A DNA stretch of 40,582 nucleotides from a virus, in the IMG/VR virus record IMGVR_UViG_3300023103_000002, positions 1-40,582 of that record; one strand, written 5' to 3'. Below, in pieces: positions 40,351 to 40,582 of this stretch. Under the pieces are notes generated by a model. It was not told the origin of the DNA and made no database searches. It was given only the letters and a program-made list of their open reading frames with translations. Position 1 is the first letter of the stretch. Every line of letters begins with the position of its first letter. The translations under genes were made by a program, and so were the position numbers.

Positions 40351-40582
40351 CACATCACCCCGTTCAGGCGTTTGGTTTCTTCGATACAAGCGTTCCAGCC
40401 ATCATTGAAACAGGTGTAGCCACCTCGTACACAGGGCAGCTTCAACGGCTCGCGTGCTGCATCCTGCGTGACTGGCGGGGCGGCGTAGAGGGGTTTTTCT
40501 CCAGAAAGGTCTAATTTCTGATATGAAAACAGTTCTTTCTCGCCCATGCCGTAGGGGTATAAATAAGCAAAAGGCTTCTGCT
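40350..40582 (-). CDS. C-terminal part of the junction-spanning hypothetical gene (N-terminal part = 1-260)
   Basis: The frame stays open to the window end. The ORF-track entry 40350-40547 starts at an internal Met that equals position 92 of the first repeat copy. Confidence 0.6.
   Translation of the reverse strand, partial: QKPFAYLYPYGMGEKELFSYQKLDLSGEKPLYAAPPVTQDAAREPLKLPCVRGGYTCFNDGWNACIEETKRLNGVM
40456..40582. repeat. Exact 127-bp direct repeat of the window ends, copy 2
   Basis: Identical to 1-127. Confidence 0.97.

Noticed and set aside
1-40582. Search for tRNA, tmRNA or rRNA genes and for integrase, transposase or toxin-antitoxin pairs.
   Set aside because: I saw no cloverleaf-compatible segment with a GGTTCGAATCC-type T-arm. 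No ORF carried recombinase or classic TA motifs. This negative result is by eye only.

Overview
The window is one complete tailed-phage genome. Bases 1-127 are repeated exactly at 40456-40582, so the unique unit is 40,455 bp, either circular or terminally redundant. One minus-strand gene is split by the window junction. Gene content looks podovirus-like: an N4-gp56-type capsid, internal virion/ejection proteins including a lysozyme-domain giant, and no tape measure, tube or sheath. A lipoprotein o-spanin indicates a Gram-negative host.

Layout:
- Late operon, + strand, about 5.2-25.7 kb: two TerS-like genes, TerL, portal, scaffold, capsid, virion/tail genes, a terminator at 23.59 kb, then the lysis cassette (GH19 endolysin, overlapped i-/o-spanins) and a low-GC membrane coiled-coil gene.
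- Leftward operon, 28.86 to 25.8 kb (-): PD-(D/E)XK exonuclease, a small ORF, RecT and two unknowns.
- Immunity-like switch: an XRE-type repressor (-) and a Cro-like gene (+) around a TTGACG-17-TATGGT promoter.
- Rightward replication operon, 30.1-36.5 kb: SF2 helicase, degenerate HNH fused to an OmpR-type wHTH, SSB, dCTP-deaminase-like protein, VRR-NUC, CHC2/Toprim primase, VirE/D5-like helicase.
- Long minus-strand early arm, from promoters at about 4.77 kb and 39.4 kb through the junction to a terminator at 36.76 kb. It is mostly small unknown genes chained by ATGA/TGATG overlaps.

I saw no integrase, transposase, partition gene, protelomerase, DNA polymerase, tRNA or CRISPR array.

The most unusual items are:
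- an early gene with 35 uninterrupted Cys-x-x triplets, encoded by near-perfect 36/27-bp tandem repeats;
- its neighbour, which has an Ala/Trp/Glu/Gly low-complexity tail;
- a roughly 20-30% GC non-coding region with four alternating copies of a 17-20-bp motif, including a 131-bp palindrome;
- a 15-bp operator-like motif found at five promoters;
- a 521-bp structured non-coding gap behind the repressor;
- a truncated GH108 lysozyme gene abutting a low-GC cassette;
- an endolysin carrying two C-terminal hydrophobic segments, with no separate holin.

All functional calls come from motifs I recognised by eye. No database search was run.
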